A stretch of 64,000 bases of DNA. Origin: an uncultured Acidimicrobiia bacterium (GTDB lineage Bacteria > Actinomycetota > Acidimicrobiia > Spongiisociales > JAENVV01). The position numbers and the translations under genes are program-made. Location: the NCBI GenBank assembly GCA_965366365.1, contig CBDUEV010000005.1, positions 1,099 through 65,098 on the forward strand, read 5' to 3'. A model generated the notes under the pieces. The model ran no database searches. It had not been told where the DNA came from and saw nothing but the letters and a program-made list of their open reading frames with translations. Shown piece after piece: positions 45,202-55,118 of this stretch (positions are counted from its first letter, which is position 1; every line of letters begins with the position of its first letter).

Positions 45202-46493
45202 GGCTCCTCATCCTTGGCGCGGCGATTTCGGGAGCTGCCGCAGGCCGGCTCGCCCAGCGGGTCGGTGACCAGCCCACCGTCTACGACAGCGACCCGAACC
45301 GTGGGTCCGAGTTGATCGCGGCGGGAATCCCTTTCGTGGCGGGACAGTGGTCGTTCGAGATACTCGACGGTATCGACGCGGTGGTGACCAGCCCGGGCAT
45401 CCCGGAACGGAGCCGGCCGATCATCGATGCGCTGGAGGCCCGCCTACCCGTGTGGAGTGAGCTCGAGTATGCCTGGCGGCATCTGGACGCTCCCGTGGTG
45501 GCCGTGACGGGTACCAACGGCAAGACCACCGTCACGTCGCTGATCGCCGAGATGGCAGAACGCGATGGGAGGAGGACCGTGGCGGCAGGCAACATCGGCG
45601 TCGCCCTGTCCGACGTGGCGGACCAGGCATGGGACGTGGTGGTGGCCGAAGTGTCGAGTTTTCAGCTGCGTTTTGCGGAGACGTTCCATCCGGTCGTGGC
45701 GGTGGTGCTCAACGTGGCCCACGACCACTTGGATTGGCACGGTTCCTATCAAGCTTACGCCGATGCCAAGGCCCGCATCTTCGAACACCAGACCACGGAC
45801 GACACGCTCGTCTACGACTTCGACGACGAAGGAGCAGCTCTCCTGGCCGGTCGGGCGGCCTCGTCGTTGGTGGCGGTGAGCGGGAGAGCGGCCCCGACCG
45901 GAGGTTTCGGGGTTGTTGGTGAAGATCTCAATGCCGGGTCGGCTGTCGTCCCCCTACGTGACATCAAGGTCGGCGATCCTGCCTATCTCATGGATCTGGC
46001 GGCAGCCGGCGCCGCCGCGTCGGCCATCGGGGTCTCCGCGACCGCCATCGCCGAAACGGTCCGGGCCTTCGAGCCGGGCGAGCATCGCCGTCAGGTGGTG
46101 GCCGAAGTCGACGGCGTGCGGTGGATCAACGACTCCAAGGCCACCAATCCCCACGCCGCCCTGGCCGCCATTCGCTCGTACCCCTCGGTCGTCCTCATCG
46201 CGGGCGGAAGGAACAAGGACCTCGACATCACACCGCTCGCCACCGCGCCGCACGTTCGACACCTGCTGGCCATCGGCGAGGGCGCCGACGATTTGCTGGC
46301 GGCCGCCGACCGACCCGCCGAGCGAGCTGCCGACCTGCCCGCCGCCGTGCGACGCGCCGGCGAACTCGCCCAACCGGGCGACGTGGTTCTGCTCTCACCT
46401 GGCTGCGCCAGTTTCGACATGTTCGACGACTACAAGGCGCGTGGTGAGGCGTTCCAGGAGGCCGTTCTGACCTGGGCGGGGGAGAGATCGTGA
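45198..46493 (+). CDS. murD: UDP-N-acetylmuramoylalanine--D-glutamate ligase
   Basis: ATGA overlap with mraY. It has the Mur ligase P-loop (VTGTNGKTT). Confidence 0.85.
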   Translation: MRLLILGAAISGAAAGRLAQRVGDQPTVYDSDPNRGSELIAAGIPFVAGQWSFEILDGIDAVVTSPGIPERSRPIIDALEARLPVWSELEYAWRHLDAPVVAVTGTNGKTTVTSLIAEMAERDGRRTVAAGNIGVALSDVADQAWDVVVAEVSSFQLRFAETFHPVVAVVLNVAHDHLDWHGSYQAYADAKARIFEHQTTDDTLVYDFDDEGAALLAGRAASSLVAVSGRAAPTGGFGVVGEDLNAGSAVVPLRDIKVGDPAYLMDLAAAGAAASAIGVSATAIAETVRAFEPGEHRRQVVAEVDGVRWINDSKATNPHAALAAIRSYPSVVLIAGGRNKDLDITPLATAPHVRHLLAIGEGADDLLAAADRPAERAADLPAAVRRAGELAQPGDVVLLSPGCASFDMFDDYKARGEAFQEAVLTWAGERS

Positions 46494-47662
46494 CAGCCGG
46501 AGTGACATCCATTTCGAAAGCGCGGGCACGTGCCCGCACGAAAGCCGAGACCCGTGTCGCCAACCACCGCACTGCCACGCTGCTGGTGGCGGTCGTGGCC
46601 ATCCTGGCCGTCATCGGACTCGGCGCCACTCTCTCTGCATCGTGGGTCGTCGACTTCGACAACGGCAACGCCTACTCCTCGTTCCTGAAGCAGGCCGGAT
46701 GGCTCGGGGTGGGAAGCATCGCCATGCTGGTCGCCGCCCGCATCCCCTACCAGTGGTATCAACGGTTGGCGGTGCCGATCTTCGTCGTATCGATCGTGGG
46801 GCTGGTTGCCGTCCTGGCCTACGGTCACGAGGTATCGGGAGCCCAGCGGTGGCTGGTCCTCGGTCCTGTCCGACTCCAGCCATCGGAGCTCGCCAAGTTC
46901 GGAACCGTCGTGTTCCTGGCGGCCGTGCTCACGAAGAAGGAAAAGCTCCTCGGCGACTTCGGCCACTACGCCGTCCCCGTGGGCCTCTCTCTCGGCATCG
47001 TTACTCTGCTCACCATTAAACAGCCTGACTTCGGGACGACCCTGGTGATCGCGGCCGGGGCGATGGTGGTCATCATGGCCTCGGCGACACCCATTCGCTA
47101 TGTCCTGGCCACGCTCGGCATGGGGGCCATCGCCGCCGGGGCGTTGGCCGTGTCCCAGTCCTACCGACTCGCCCGCATCACCTCCTTCTTCGCAGAGAAC
47201 CCGGACATTCTCGGAGACGGATACCAACTCGATCAAAGCCTCAAGGCGCTGGGGACGGGCGGTATGGTCGGCATCGGTCTCGGTGAGAGCCGAGCCCGGT
47301 GGTTGTTCCTTCCCAACGCGCATACCGACTTCATCTTCTCCATCATCGGGGAAGAGCTGGGGTTCATCGGCGCCGTCTTCATCTTGTTCCTGTTCGCGGG
47401 ATTGTCGCTCCTCGGCATGGTCGTCTCGCTCCGCGCCCCCGATAGATTCGGTCGGCTCCTGGCGGCCGGGATCACCGCCTGGATAGTGGCGCAAGCCATC
47501 GTCAACATCGGCGGCGTGGTGGGCGTCCTGCCCATCAGTGGCATCGCCCTTCCGTTCGTCTCATACGGAGGGAGCGCCTTGCTGATGGCCATGGGAAGCA
47601 TCGGCGTACTCATCAACGTCGCCCGTCAGGGTCGCGTCGGCGGGATGCACCCCCGCCGATGA
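46490..47662 (+). CDS. ftsW: Peptidoglycan glycosyltransferase FtsW (SEDS family)
   Basis: GTGA overlap with murD. It is a polytopic SEDS protein with the conserved LPNAHTDFIFS and LPFVSYGGSAL regions. Confidence 0.85.
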   Translation: MTAGVTSISKARARARTKAETRVANHRTATLLVAVVAILAVIGLGATLSASWVVDFDNGNAYSSFLKQAGWLGVGSIAMLVAARIPYQWYQRLAVPIFVVSIVGLVAVLAYGHEVSGAQRWLVLGPVRLQPSELAKFGTVVFLAAVLTKKEKLLGDFGHYAVPVGLSLGIVTLLTIKQPDFGTTLVIAAGAMVVIMASATPIRYVLATLGMGAIAAGALAVSQSYRLARITSFFAENPDILGDGYQLDQSLKALGTGGMVGIGLGESRARWLFLPNAHTDFIFSIIGEELGFIGAVFILFLFAGLSLLGMVVSLRAPDRFGRLLAAGITAWIVAQAIVNIGGVVGVLPISGIALPFVSYGGSALLMAMGSIGVLINVARQGRVGGMHPRR

Positions 47663-48753
47663 GCTATGCCATCGCCGCGGCCGGGACGGGCGGTCATGTG
47701 TTTCCCGCGCTCGCCGTCGCCGAAGCTCTGGTCGAACGGGGAGTCGATCGATCCGCCATCGTCTTCTTCGGGGGGAAACGATTCGAAGCGACCGCCATAC
47801 CGGAGGCCGGCTTTGAGCTCGTCACCCTCGATCTGGCCGGACTGAAACGATCGTTGACTCCGGCGAATCTCCGTCTCCCTCTGGTCGTGCGAAACGCGGC
47901 TCGAAGGGTTGCCAGAGAGTTGGACGAGCGTCGGACCTCGGTGCTGCTGGCAACCGGCGGATATGTGACAGTCCCGGCCGGGTGGGGTGCGCGGAAGGCC
48001 GACATTCCGTTCTTCGTGCAGGAGCAAAACGCCGTTCCGGGCCTCGCCAACCGGGTCATGAGCCGCTGGGCGGTGACGGCATTCTCGTCGTTCCCCGACA
48101 CGCCCGGCCTGGTGCGGCCCGAGTACGTCGGCAATCCCGTTCGCGCCGACCTCGCCCGTTTCGATCGAGCCGAGTCCCTGCCGGCGGCGCGAGAACGCTA
48201 CGGCCTCGAGGCCAACCTCCCCACACTGGGAGTCGTCGGTGGCAGTCTCGGGGCGCGGGCCATCAACGAGGCAATCGTGGAGATGGTGAAGCGCTGGCAG
48301 GGTGCCGCATTCCAAATCGTTCACCTCACGGGGCGGGCTCATGCCGAGTCCATCCGCGAGCAGGCGACCGGCTCCAGCGGGAATCCCCGAGGAATCAGGT
48401 GGAGCGTCGTACCATTCGAGTCGGATATGCACCACTTCTTCGCCGCTTCGGATCTCCTCATCGCTCGCGCCGGGGGCATGGTCTCCGAGATCACCGCCAC
48501 CGCCACACCCGCCATCCTCATCCCCGGTGAGTTCGGCTCCGCAGGACATCAGCTCGGCTCCGCCGAGGTGCTCACTGCGGCGGGAGCGGCGGTGACCGTG
48601 ATGGAGTCGGACCTCGCCGGGCTGGACGATGCGGTGAGCGAGCTTCTCTTCGACACGGACCGCCTGGACGACATGGCCGAGTCGTCGCGCCTCATCGGAC
48701 GACCGCATGCGGCGCGGACGATCGCCGAACGAATGGTGGCGGCCCATGGCTGA
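47659..48753 (+). CDS. murG: UDP-N-acetylglucosamine--N-acetylmuramyl-(pentapeptide) pyrophosphoryl-undecaprenol N-acetylglucosamine transferase
   Basis: ATGA overlap with ftsW. It has the GT28 N- and C-terminal domains (AAGTGGHVFPALAVAE, ARAGGMVSEI). Confidence 0.85.
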   Translation: MSYAIAAAGTGGHVFPALAVAEALVERGVDRSAIVFFGGKRFEATAIPEAGFELVTLDLAGLKRSLTPANLRLPLVVRNAARRVARELDERRTSVLLATGGYVTVPAGWGARKADIPFFVQEQNAVPGLANRVMSRWAVTAFSSFPDTPGLVRPEYVGNPVRADLARFDRAESLPAARERYGLEANLPTLGVVGGSLGARAINEAIVEMVKRWQGAAFQIVHLTGRAHAESIREQATGSSGNPRGIRWSVVPFESDMHHFFAASDLLIARAGGMVSEITATATPAILIPGEFGSAGHQLGSAEVLTAAGAAVTVMESDLAGLDDAVSELLFDTDRLDDMAESSRLIGRPHAARTIAERMVAAHG

Positions 48754-50116
48754 TCTGGACGGAGTTCACTCCATTCACATCGTCGGCGCCGGGGGCGCCG
48801 GGATGAGCGGCTTGGCGAAGCTCCTGGCGCAGATGGGGTACCGGGTGACCGGTAGCGACATGAAAGGTGGCTCGGCACTCCACGCCCTCGAAGACCTGGG
48901 ATTGGAGGTCTGGGCGGGTAGCCAACCCGAGCGCATCGCAGAGATCGACCTGGTGGTGGCCTCGTCGGCGGTGCCCGACCGAGACATCGAATTGGGCCAT
49001 GCCCGGTCGCTGGGGATTCCGATCTGGCGGCGTCCGGAGCTGCTGGCGGCCATCACCTCGGGCACGCCCGCCATCGGGGCAACGGGTACCCACGGGAAGA
49101 CCACCAGCACCGCCATGCTCATCGCCGCCCTGCGAGCGAGCGGTCACGATCCGAGTTTCGTGGTGGGAGGGCAGCTCACCGACCTGGGCACCAACGCCCA
49201 CCTCGGTGACCGGGACCTCTTCGTGCTGGAAGCCGACGAAGCGTTTGGGACCTTCCTCTCCCTCCGGATGAGCGGCCTCATGGTGACCAACGTCGAAGAA
49301 GATCACATGGAGTTCTATCAGACCCGCTACCGACTCGACGACGCCTTCGCCGAGGTGATGAGGGCGGTGTCGGGGCCGGTGCTGGCCTGCGCCGACGACC
49401 CCGGCGCCCGACGCCTGGCGGAGCGCACCGGGGTGCGGTCCTATGGCCTGGCCGACGACGCCGATTGGCGAATCAAGGACCTGAAAGAGGTCGGGGCCGC
49501 CTCGATGCAATTCACGCTCGAGTCTGAGATGGCATCGCTGCCCGTGACGGTCGGCCAGCCCGGCACGCACATCGCCACCAATGCGGCCGGCGCCCTGGCT
49601 CTCCTCGCCGAGTTGGGTCACGACCCGGCGGAGGCGGCCCTCGGCCTAACGGAATTCCGCGGTGTCCGGCGACGCTACGAACCGCGGGGAACCATCGCCG
49701 GCGTGTCGATGATCGACGACTACGCTCACCATCCCACGGAGGTGGCGGCCACCATCAGAGCTGCTCGACGCAGCACCCAGGGGAGGCTGTGGGCCGTCTT
49801 CCAACCTCACCTGTACTCGCGGACCGAGGCGCTCTACGCCGAATTCGGTCAAGCCTTCTCGGGTGCCGACCAGGTGGTCATCACGGATGTCTTCGGCGCC
49901 CGTGAAGCTCCCCGACCAGGCGTGACGGGTGAACTCGTCGCCGACGCTGCCGCAGCACGGACGGATGCCAAGGTCTCCTACGTTCCCCACCGAGCCGACC
50001 TCGCCGAGTTTCTCGCCGCTCGCGTCGAAGCCGGGGACCTCGTCCTCACGATGGGAGCGGGCGACATCACGTTGATCCCTGCCGAACTGTCACGTCTCCT
50101 GGCCGAGCGACCATGA
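48746..50116 (+). CDS. murC: UDP-N-acetylmuramate--L-alanine ligase
   Basis: The internal ATG at 48746 overlaps the murG stop by 8 bp. It has the HIVGAGGAGMSGLA dinucleotide-fold motif and the Mur ligase P-loop (GTHGKTTST). Confidence 0.85.
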   Translation: MADLDGVHSIHIVGAGGAGMSGLAKLLAQMGYRVTGSDMKGGSALHALEDLGLEVWAGSQPERIAEIDLVVASSAVPDRDIELGHARSLGIPIWRRPELLAAITSGTPAIGATGTHGKTTSTAMLIAALRASGHDPSFVVGGQLTDLGTNAHLGDRDLFVLEADEAFGTFLSLRMSGLMVTNVEEDHMEFYQTRYRLDDAFAEVMRAVSGPVLACADDPGARRLAERTGVRSYGLADDADWRIKDLKEVGAASMQFTLESEMASLPVTVGQPGTHIATNAAGALALLAELGHDPAEAALGLTEFRGVRRRYEPRGTIAGVSMIDDYAHHPTEVAATIRAARRSTQGRLWAVFQPHLYSRTEALYAEFGQAFSGADQVVITDVFGAREAPRPGVTGELVADAAAARTDAKVSYVPHRADLAEFLAARVEAGDLVLTMGAGDITLIPAELSRLLAERP

Positions 50117-51012
50117 GCTCGCGTTGGGACCAGCTGGTCGAGGAGGGCGTTTTGGAGGGCGGAGTGCGGTTGGACGCACTGACCACGTACAAGCTCGGAG
50201 GCCCGGCCCGCTACTTCCTCGAGGCGCACGACCGCCAGGACCTCGAGGCTGTCACGCCGGTCGACATCGACGTTCTCGTCGTGGGCCGGGGGAGCAACCT
50301 CCTGGTGGCCGACGAAGGCTTTCCCGGACTCGTCATCCGCCTGGGTAGGGGATTCGGTGGCTGGGACATCGAAGACGACGGTGTTCTGGCGGCGGGAGCT
50401 GCAGCCCCTTTGCCGTCCATCGCCCGGGCCGCGGCCAAGGCGGGTCGCGGCGGCCTCGAGTGGATGGTCGGGGTGCCGGGGAGCGTCGGCGGAGCGGTTC
50501 GGATGAACGCCGGGTGTTTCGGAAGCGACACATCCCAGGCGCTTCGAACAGCCGAAGTCCTCGATCTTCGCCTCGGTGAGATCACGCATCGTACGCCCGC
50601 CCAGCTCGAGATGGCCTACCGCAGCACCAACCTCACGCCGACCGAAGCCGTGCTGGCAGCCGCCTTCACCACCACCGGCACCTCCCCGGAACACGCCGAA
50701 GCGCAGATGCGAGAGATCACCCGCTGGAGGAAGGAACATCAGCCGGGAGGAACTTTCAATGCCGGGTCTGTGTTCAAGAATCCGCCCGGCGACTCGGCGG
50801 GTCGCCTCATCGATTCGCTCGGATTGAAGGGTTTCCGTGTGGGGGGAGTGTCCGTTTCGGAGAAGCACGCCAACTTCTTCGTCGCCGACCCCGGGGCGAC
50901 CGCACGACAGATCTTCCTCCTGGTGGCAGCGGTGCGTCGGCGAGTACTCGAAGAAGCCGGCATCGAACTCGTCCCAGAGATTCAATTCGCCGGATTCGAG
51001 GACACGACATGA
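50113..51012 (+). CDS. murB: UDP-N-acetylenolpyruvoylglucosamine reductase
   Basis: ATGA overlap with murC. It has an FAD-binding domain (GGPARYF...GRGSNLL) and the C-terminal MurB domain. Confidence 0.85.
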   Translation: MSSRWDQLVEEGVLEGGVRLDALTTYKLGGPARYFLEAHDRQDLEAVTPVDIDVLVVGRGSNLLVADEGFPGLVIRLGRGFGGWDIEDDGVLAAGAAAPLPSIARAAAKAGRGGLEWMVGVPGSVGGAVRMNAGCFGSDTSQALRTAEVLDLRLGEITHRTPAQLEMAYRSTNLTPTEAVLAAAFTTTGTSPEHAEAQMREITRWRKEHQPGGTFNAGSVFKNPPGDSAGRLIDSLGLKGFRVGGVSVSEKHANFFVADPGATARQIFLLVAAVRRRVLEEAGIELVPEIQFAGFEDTT

Positions 51013-51752
51013 AGACCATCGATCCCCGCATCGCCAACCGTCGCAAGCAGGTGGCTGAGGAGCGCGCCAGGGGCAGTGCCCGGCGGGTGCTCCGACTTCT
51101 CGTCCTCATCGGGGTAGTGGGGGCCGCCATCTGGGTGGGGCGTTCCCCTTGGTTCAGCGTGGCCGAGGTCACCGTCACCGGAGCGAATCACGCCGGCGTC
51201 GACGAGATACTCGACGCAGCCGGTGTGACGGAGGGACGCCCACTCCTCGTCGTTCCGGCACGTTCGGCCGAAGCCGCTCTCGTCGCCGACCCATGGGTCA
51301 TCGACGCAGCGGTGTCCAAGATCTTCCCGAACCTGGTGGAGGTGGCCGTGATCGAACGGACCCCCGCCGCCATCGTCTCTCACAGGGGAGTGGAGGCCGT
51401 GGTGGCCGCCGATGGGGTCGTCGTCGCCACCCAGGTGAGCCAAGAGCTACCCATCACCCAGAGTCTCGAAGCCATCCCCGGCGCCGGAGAAGTCGTCACC
51501 GATCCAGCAGCGCGTGGCGGAATCGAGTTCTTCACGGCTCTCGATCCCAAGTACCTGGCGGATGCCTATATCCAGGAGATCGACGGGGAGTTGTGGGCGC
51601 GCATCATGGAGTTCGACGTCCGACTGGGCAGACCCGTCGACATGGCCGAGAAGGCCCGATCACTCAGTGCAGTCCTCGACGTGGGCCAGACCCCGGGCTC
51701 CGTCATCAACGTCATCGCTCCGGCTCGGCCTACGGTGGCTCCACCCGCCTGA
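51009..51752 (+). CDS. ftsQ: Cell division protein FtsQ/DivIB (POTRA-containing)
   Basis: ATGA overlap with murB. It has a basic N-terminus, a single TM helix, a POTRA-like region (FSVAEVTVTGANHAG) and a beta domain. Confidence 0.7.
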   Translation: MKTIDPRIANRRKQVAEERARGSARRVLRLLVLIGVVGAAIWVGRSPWFSVAEVTVTGANHAGVDEILDAAGVTEGRPLLVVPARSAEAALVADPWVIDAAVSKIFPNLVEVAVIERTPAAIVSHRGVEAVVAADGVVVATQVSQELPITQSLEAIPGAGEVVTDPAARGGIEFFTALDPKYLADAYIQEIDGELWARIMEFDVRLGRPVDMAEKARSLSAVLDVGQTPGSVINVIAPARPTVAPPA

Positions 51753-51861
51753 ACACCCCAACCCTCAACCTGTACTAGAAGGTGAGTCATTAGGGGGTTT
51801 ACGGATCCGGAATTCACGGTAAGGTATAGCTTGAACCCTATTCTCTCGGAGGGATTCCTCA

Positions 51862-52932
51862 ATGTCTTCAACCAGCACACCACAGAACTACCTCGCCGTG
51901 ATCAAGGTCATCGGCGTTGGTGGTGGCGGCGTCAACGCCGTCAACCGAATGATCGACTCGGGCATCCGCGGAGTCGAGTTCATCGCCATCAACACCGACG
52001 CCCAGGCGTTGCTCATGTCCGACGCCGACGTGAAACTGGACCTCGGCCGTGAAATCACCCGCGGGCTGGGCGCCGGCGCCAACCCCGAGGTGGGACGAGC
52101 CGCCGCCGAAGCACACCGCGAGGAGCTGGAAGAAGTTCTGAAGGGCGCCGATATGGTGTTCGTGACGGCAGGCGAAGGCGGCGGTACCGGAACAGGCGGA
52201 GCCCCGGTCGTCGCCGACATCGCCCGCAACCTGGGAGCGCTCACGGTGGGCGTGGTCACCAGACCCTTCGGATTCGAGGGGCGCCGTCGATCCGTGCAGG
52301 CCGAACTCGGCATCGAGAACCTGCGGGAAGCGGTCGACACGCTCATCGTCATTCCCAACAACCGCCTCCTGGAGATCGCCGATCAGAAGACCCCGATGGT
52401 CGAGGCCTTTCGGATGGCGGACGAGGTTTTGACGAGCGGCGTGGCGGGCATCACCGACCTCATCACGACGCCGGGCCTCATCAACGTCGACTTTGCCGAC
52501 GTGAAGACCGTCATGCAGGACGCCGGGACCGCCGTGATGGGAATCGGACAAGCGACCGGCGACGAGCGCGCCATCCAGGCGGCCAACAAGGCAATCTCCA
52601 GCCCGCTCCTCGAAACCTCCATGGATGGGGCGCGGGGCGTGCTCCTGTCGATCGCCGGGCCCACCTCGATGTCCCTGTACGAGGTCAACGAGGCGGCTTC
52701 CGTCGTGTCTGAGCACAGTGATACCGAGGCCGAGATCATCTTCGGCGCCATCGTCGACGACAGTCTCGGAGAGGACATGAGGGTCACCGTGATCGCGGCC
52801 GGTTTCGACAAGCCCAAGGGCCCGCGCGGTCTCGCATCGGGATCGTTCACCCCTTCGTCGATCAAAGCTCCAGTCGACGGCGGCGGCGGTGGCGGCGGCG
52901 ATCTGGATATACCGAGCTTCGTTCAGGGATGA
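51862..52932 (+). CDS. ftsZ: Cell division GTPase FtsZ
   Basis: It has the tubulin signature GGGTGTG, T7-loop and NTD motifs, and a conserved C-terminal peptide (DIPSFVQ). A GGAGGG RBS is present. Confidence 0.95.
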   Translation: MSSTSTPQNYLAVIKVIGVGGGGVNAVNRMIDSGIRGVEFIAINTDAQALLMSDADVKLDLGREITRGLGAGANPEVGRAAAEAHREELEEVLKGADMVFVTAGEGGGTGTGGAPVVADIARNLGALTVGVVTRPFGFEGRRRSVQAELGIENLREAVDTLIVIPNNRLLEIADQKTPMVEAFRMADEVLTSGVAGITDLITTPGLINVDFADVKTVMQDAGTAVMGIGQATGDERAIQAANKAISSPLLETSMDGARGVLLSIAGPTSMSLYEVNEAASVVSEHSDTEAEIIFGAIVDDSLGEDMRVTVIAAGFDKPKGPRGLASGSFTPSSIKAPVDGGGGGGGDLDIPSFVQG

Positions 52933-53549
52933 TCCGTCCTCCTCGGTTTCGAGGAACGGCGTTCAGTGAGGCATCTGATGGCGATCTCCGACACGGGGAT
53001 CGCCATCAGTTTTCTGTCGCCCTCCACATCCCGAGCGAGTGGGCAACCGTGGAACAGGTCCACGAGGCCAAGATCATGTCGGTGCGAGCGCCCGGCGGCG
53101 CCGGCCAAGCCGACGGTCTGATGACCGGGGCCCGTCGAGTCCCCGTCGCGGTCTTCACCGCCGACTGCCTCGGGGTGGTGCTCGAAGCGGACGCCGGGGT
53201 CGGCGTCGCCCACGCCGGCTGGAGAGGTCTGGCGGCGGGAGTGGTCGGGAAGCTCCTGGCTTCCATGGAGGCGGCAGGTTGGCGGACGGCCAGGGCCGCC
53301 ATCGGGCCATCGATCGGACCCTGCTGCTTTGAAGTCGGCCCGGAGGTCGTCGCCGCCTTCCCGGACTTCGTATCGCAGACCAGCTGGGGCACGCCGTCGA
53401 TCGATCTCTGGGGGGCCGCCCGGGCCGAACTCGCCTCCGTGGGCGAAGTATGGAGCGCGGACCGCTGTACCCGGTGCGACGAAGCTTTCTTTTCGCATCG
53501 CCGCGACGGCACGCCGAGGCGCCTCGCCGCGATAGGTTGGATTCCATGA
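52929..53549 (+). CDS. pgeF: Peptidoglycan editing factor PgeF (YfiH/laccase-domain, DUF152)
   Basis: ATGA overlap with ftsZ. It has the conserved Cys/His region ([10 protein letters not shown]...HAGWRG...IGPCCFEVG). Confidence 0.7.
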   Translation: MIRPPRFRGTAFSEASDGDLRHGDRHQFSVALHIPSEWATVEQVHEAKIMSVRAPGGAGQADGLMTGARRVPVAVFTADCLGVVLEADAGVGVAHAGWRGLAAGVVGKLLASMEAAGWRTARAAIGPSIGPCCFEVGPEVVAAFPDFVSQTSWGTPSIDLWGAARAELASVGEVWSADRCTRCDEAFFSHRRDGTPRRLAAIGWIP

Positions 53550-54217
53550 TCGAGGCCCGCCTGCAGTCGGTACGTGACCGAGTCGCGGCCGCCTGCGCTC
53601 GGGCCGGCCGGAACCCCGACGACGTGACCCTGGTGGCTGTGTCCAAAGGACATCCGAAGGAGATGATCATCGCGGCTCATGCGGCCGGCCAGTCGATCTT
53701 CGGTGAGAGCCGCGCGCAGGAGCTCGCCGAGAAGTGCCAAGCGCTGCCAAGCGGGATCGAGTGGCACTTCATCGGGCCGCTTCAGAGAAACAAGGTACGA
53801 CGAGTCCGTCCAGTGACGGCTCTGCTTCATTCACTCGATCGGGCAGGTTTGGCCGAGGCATGGGTGAAAGGCCCCGGACCCGCCCCGCCCGTGTTGATTC
53901 AGGTGAGGATGGGAGGAGAGAGCACGAAGCATGGGTTCGAGCCGAGTGAAACGAAGGAAGCGGCGCTGGCGGCGGCGGAGCTCGGATTGACCGTGCGTGG
54001 GCTCATGACCATCCCGCCTCCGGTGGCCGACCCCAACGAGGCGCGACCCTGGTTCGTTCTTCTCAGGGAGCTACGGGACGAGCTGGTCGGGTCGGGATTG
54101 GAGTCGGCCACAGAGCTGTCGATGGGCATGTCCGGCGACTTCGAGGTGGCCGTCGAGGAGGGTGCAACCCTGATACGCGTCGGGTCGGCTATCTTTGGAG
54201 AACGCAAATCGTATTGA
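53546..54217 (+). CDS. yggS: YggS-family pyridoxal phosphate homeostasis protein
   Basis: ATGA overlap with pgeF. It has the PLP-lysine motif (VAVSKGHP) and an alanine-racemase-like TIM barrel. Confidence 0.8.
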   Translation: MIEARLQSVRDRVAAACARAGRNPDDVTLVAVSKGHPKEMIIAAHAAGQSIFGESRAQELAEKCQALPSGIEWHFIGPLQRNKVRRVRPVTALLHSLDRAGLAEAWVKGPGPAPPVLIQVRMGGESTKHGFEPSETKEAALAAAELGLTVRGLMTIPPPVADPNEARPWFVLLRELRDELVGSGLESATELSMGMSGDFEVAVEEGATLIRVGSAIFGERKSY

Positions 54218-54227
54218 CGGAGGCCTC

Positions 54228-54785
54228 GTGGCATCTGTGTGGCAAAAATCATTGGTATACCTCGGCCTGGTGGACGAGGAACAGCTCGCGGCCGAAACCG
54301 AAGCCGAGGCGCCTCGGCACGTCGGGCCGCGTCGACCAGCCACCGAAGAAACGCCGATCGTGCTTCCTCAACAGCAGGGGCAGATTCGCGGGCGCAGAGT
54401 CGAGCCACCACCGAACGCCCGCAGGAGCGTCGAGCAGCGCAGCACTCTGCCTTCCGGAGCGGCAGCCGGCGCCGTCCGGCCCGTTCCTTCCGCCGAGGCG
54501 CAATGTGACGTCATCGAAGTGCAGGAATTCGACCACGCCAAACTCCTCGCCGACCGGATCCGGGACCGGACGCCGGTAGTGCTCGATCTGCGGGACACCG
54601 AGCCCGAGATGGTGCGACGTATCGTCGACTTCTCCACGGGACTGACCTATGCGCTGGACGGCGCCATGCGCAAGACGACCGACGGGGTGATCCTCGTCCT
54701 TCCGCCCCGGGTCAGCATCGGCCGTGAAGAAAAGCGGCGGCTGTCCGAACTCGGACTGTACGACCTCGACGACAACCGACGCTAA
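54228..54785 (+). CDS. sepF: Cell division protein SepF
   Basis: GTG start after a GGAGG RBS. It has the N-terminal membrane-targeting helix (VWQKSLVYLGLVDEE) and the conserved C-terminal SepF domain (PVVLDLRDTEPEMVRRIVDFSTGLTYALDG). Confidence 0.75.
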   Translation: MASVWQKSLVYLGLVDEEQLAAETEAEAPRHVGPRRPATEETPIVLPQQQGQIRGRRVEPPPNARRSVEQRSTLPSGAAAGAVRPVPSAEAQCDVIEVQEFDHAKLLADRIRDRTPVVLDLRDTEPEMVRRIVDFSTGLTYALDGAMRKTTDGVILVLPPRVSIGREEKRRLSELGLYDLDDNRR

Positions 54786-55039
54786 TGCGCGACCTGGCAG
54801 CGCAGGTCGTACAGATCTACGTCTATATCGTCCTCATCTCCATCATCCTCTCCTGGTTTCGCGTCCCAGGAGACCATCCTGTGGCGGCCGTGCAACGAGG
54901 GGTCAGCCGGCTCGTGGACCCGGTGCTCGCACCCATCCGGCGTATGCTTCCCCCGGTTCGAATCGGCGGAATGGGGCTCGACCTCTCCCCGATCATTCTC
55001 ATTCTCGGCCTTCAGTTCCTTCTGGCTGTGATCCGATGA
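54785..55039 (+). CDS. yggT: YggT-family membrane protein
   Basis: 84 aa with two TM helices. TAATG junction with sepF. Typical YggT motif (ILSWFRVP...DPVLAPIRRMLPP). Confidence 0.7.
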   Translation: MRDLAAQVVQIYVYIVLISIILSWFRVPGDHPVAAVQRGVSRLVDPVLAPIRRMLPPVRIGGMGLDLSPIILILGLQFLLAVIR

Positions 55040-55118
55040 CGAACCGAGAAGTTGCCTTTGACTATGCTGCCCGCGACATCCTGAAGGCGCCGTACCACTC
55101 GACGGAGGATTCTGATCC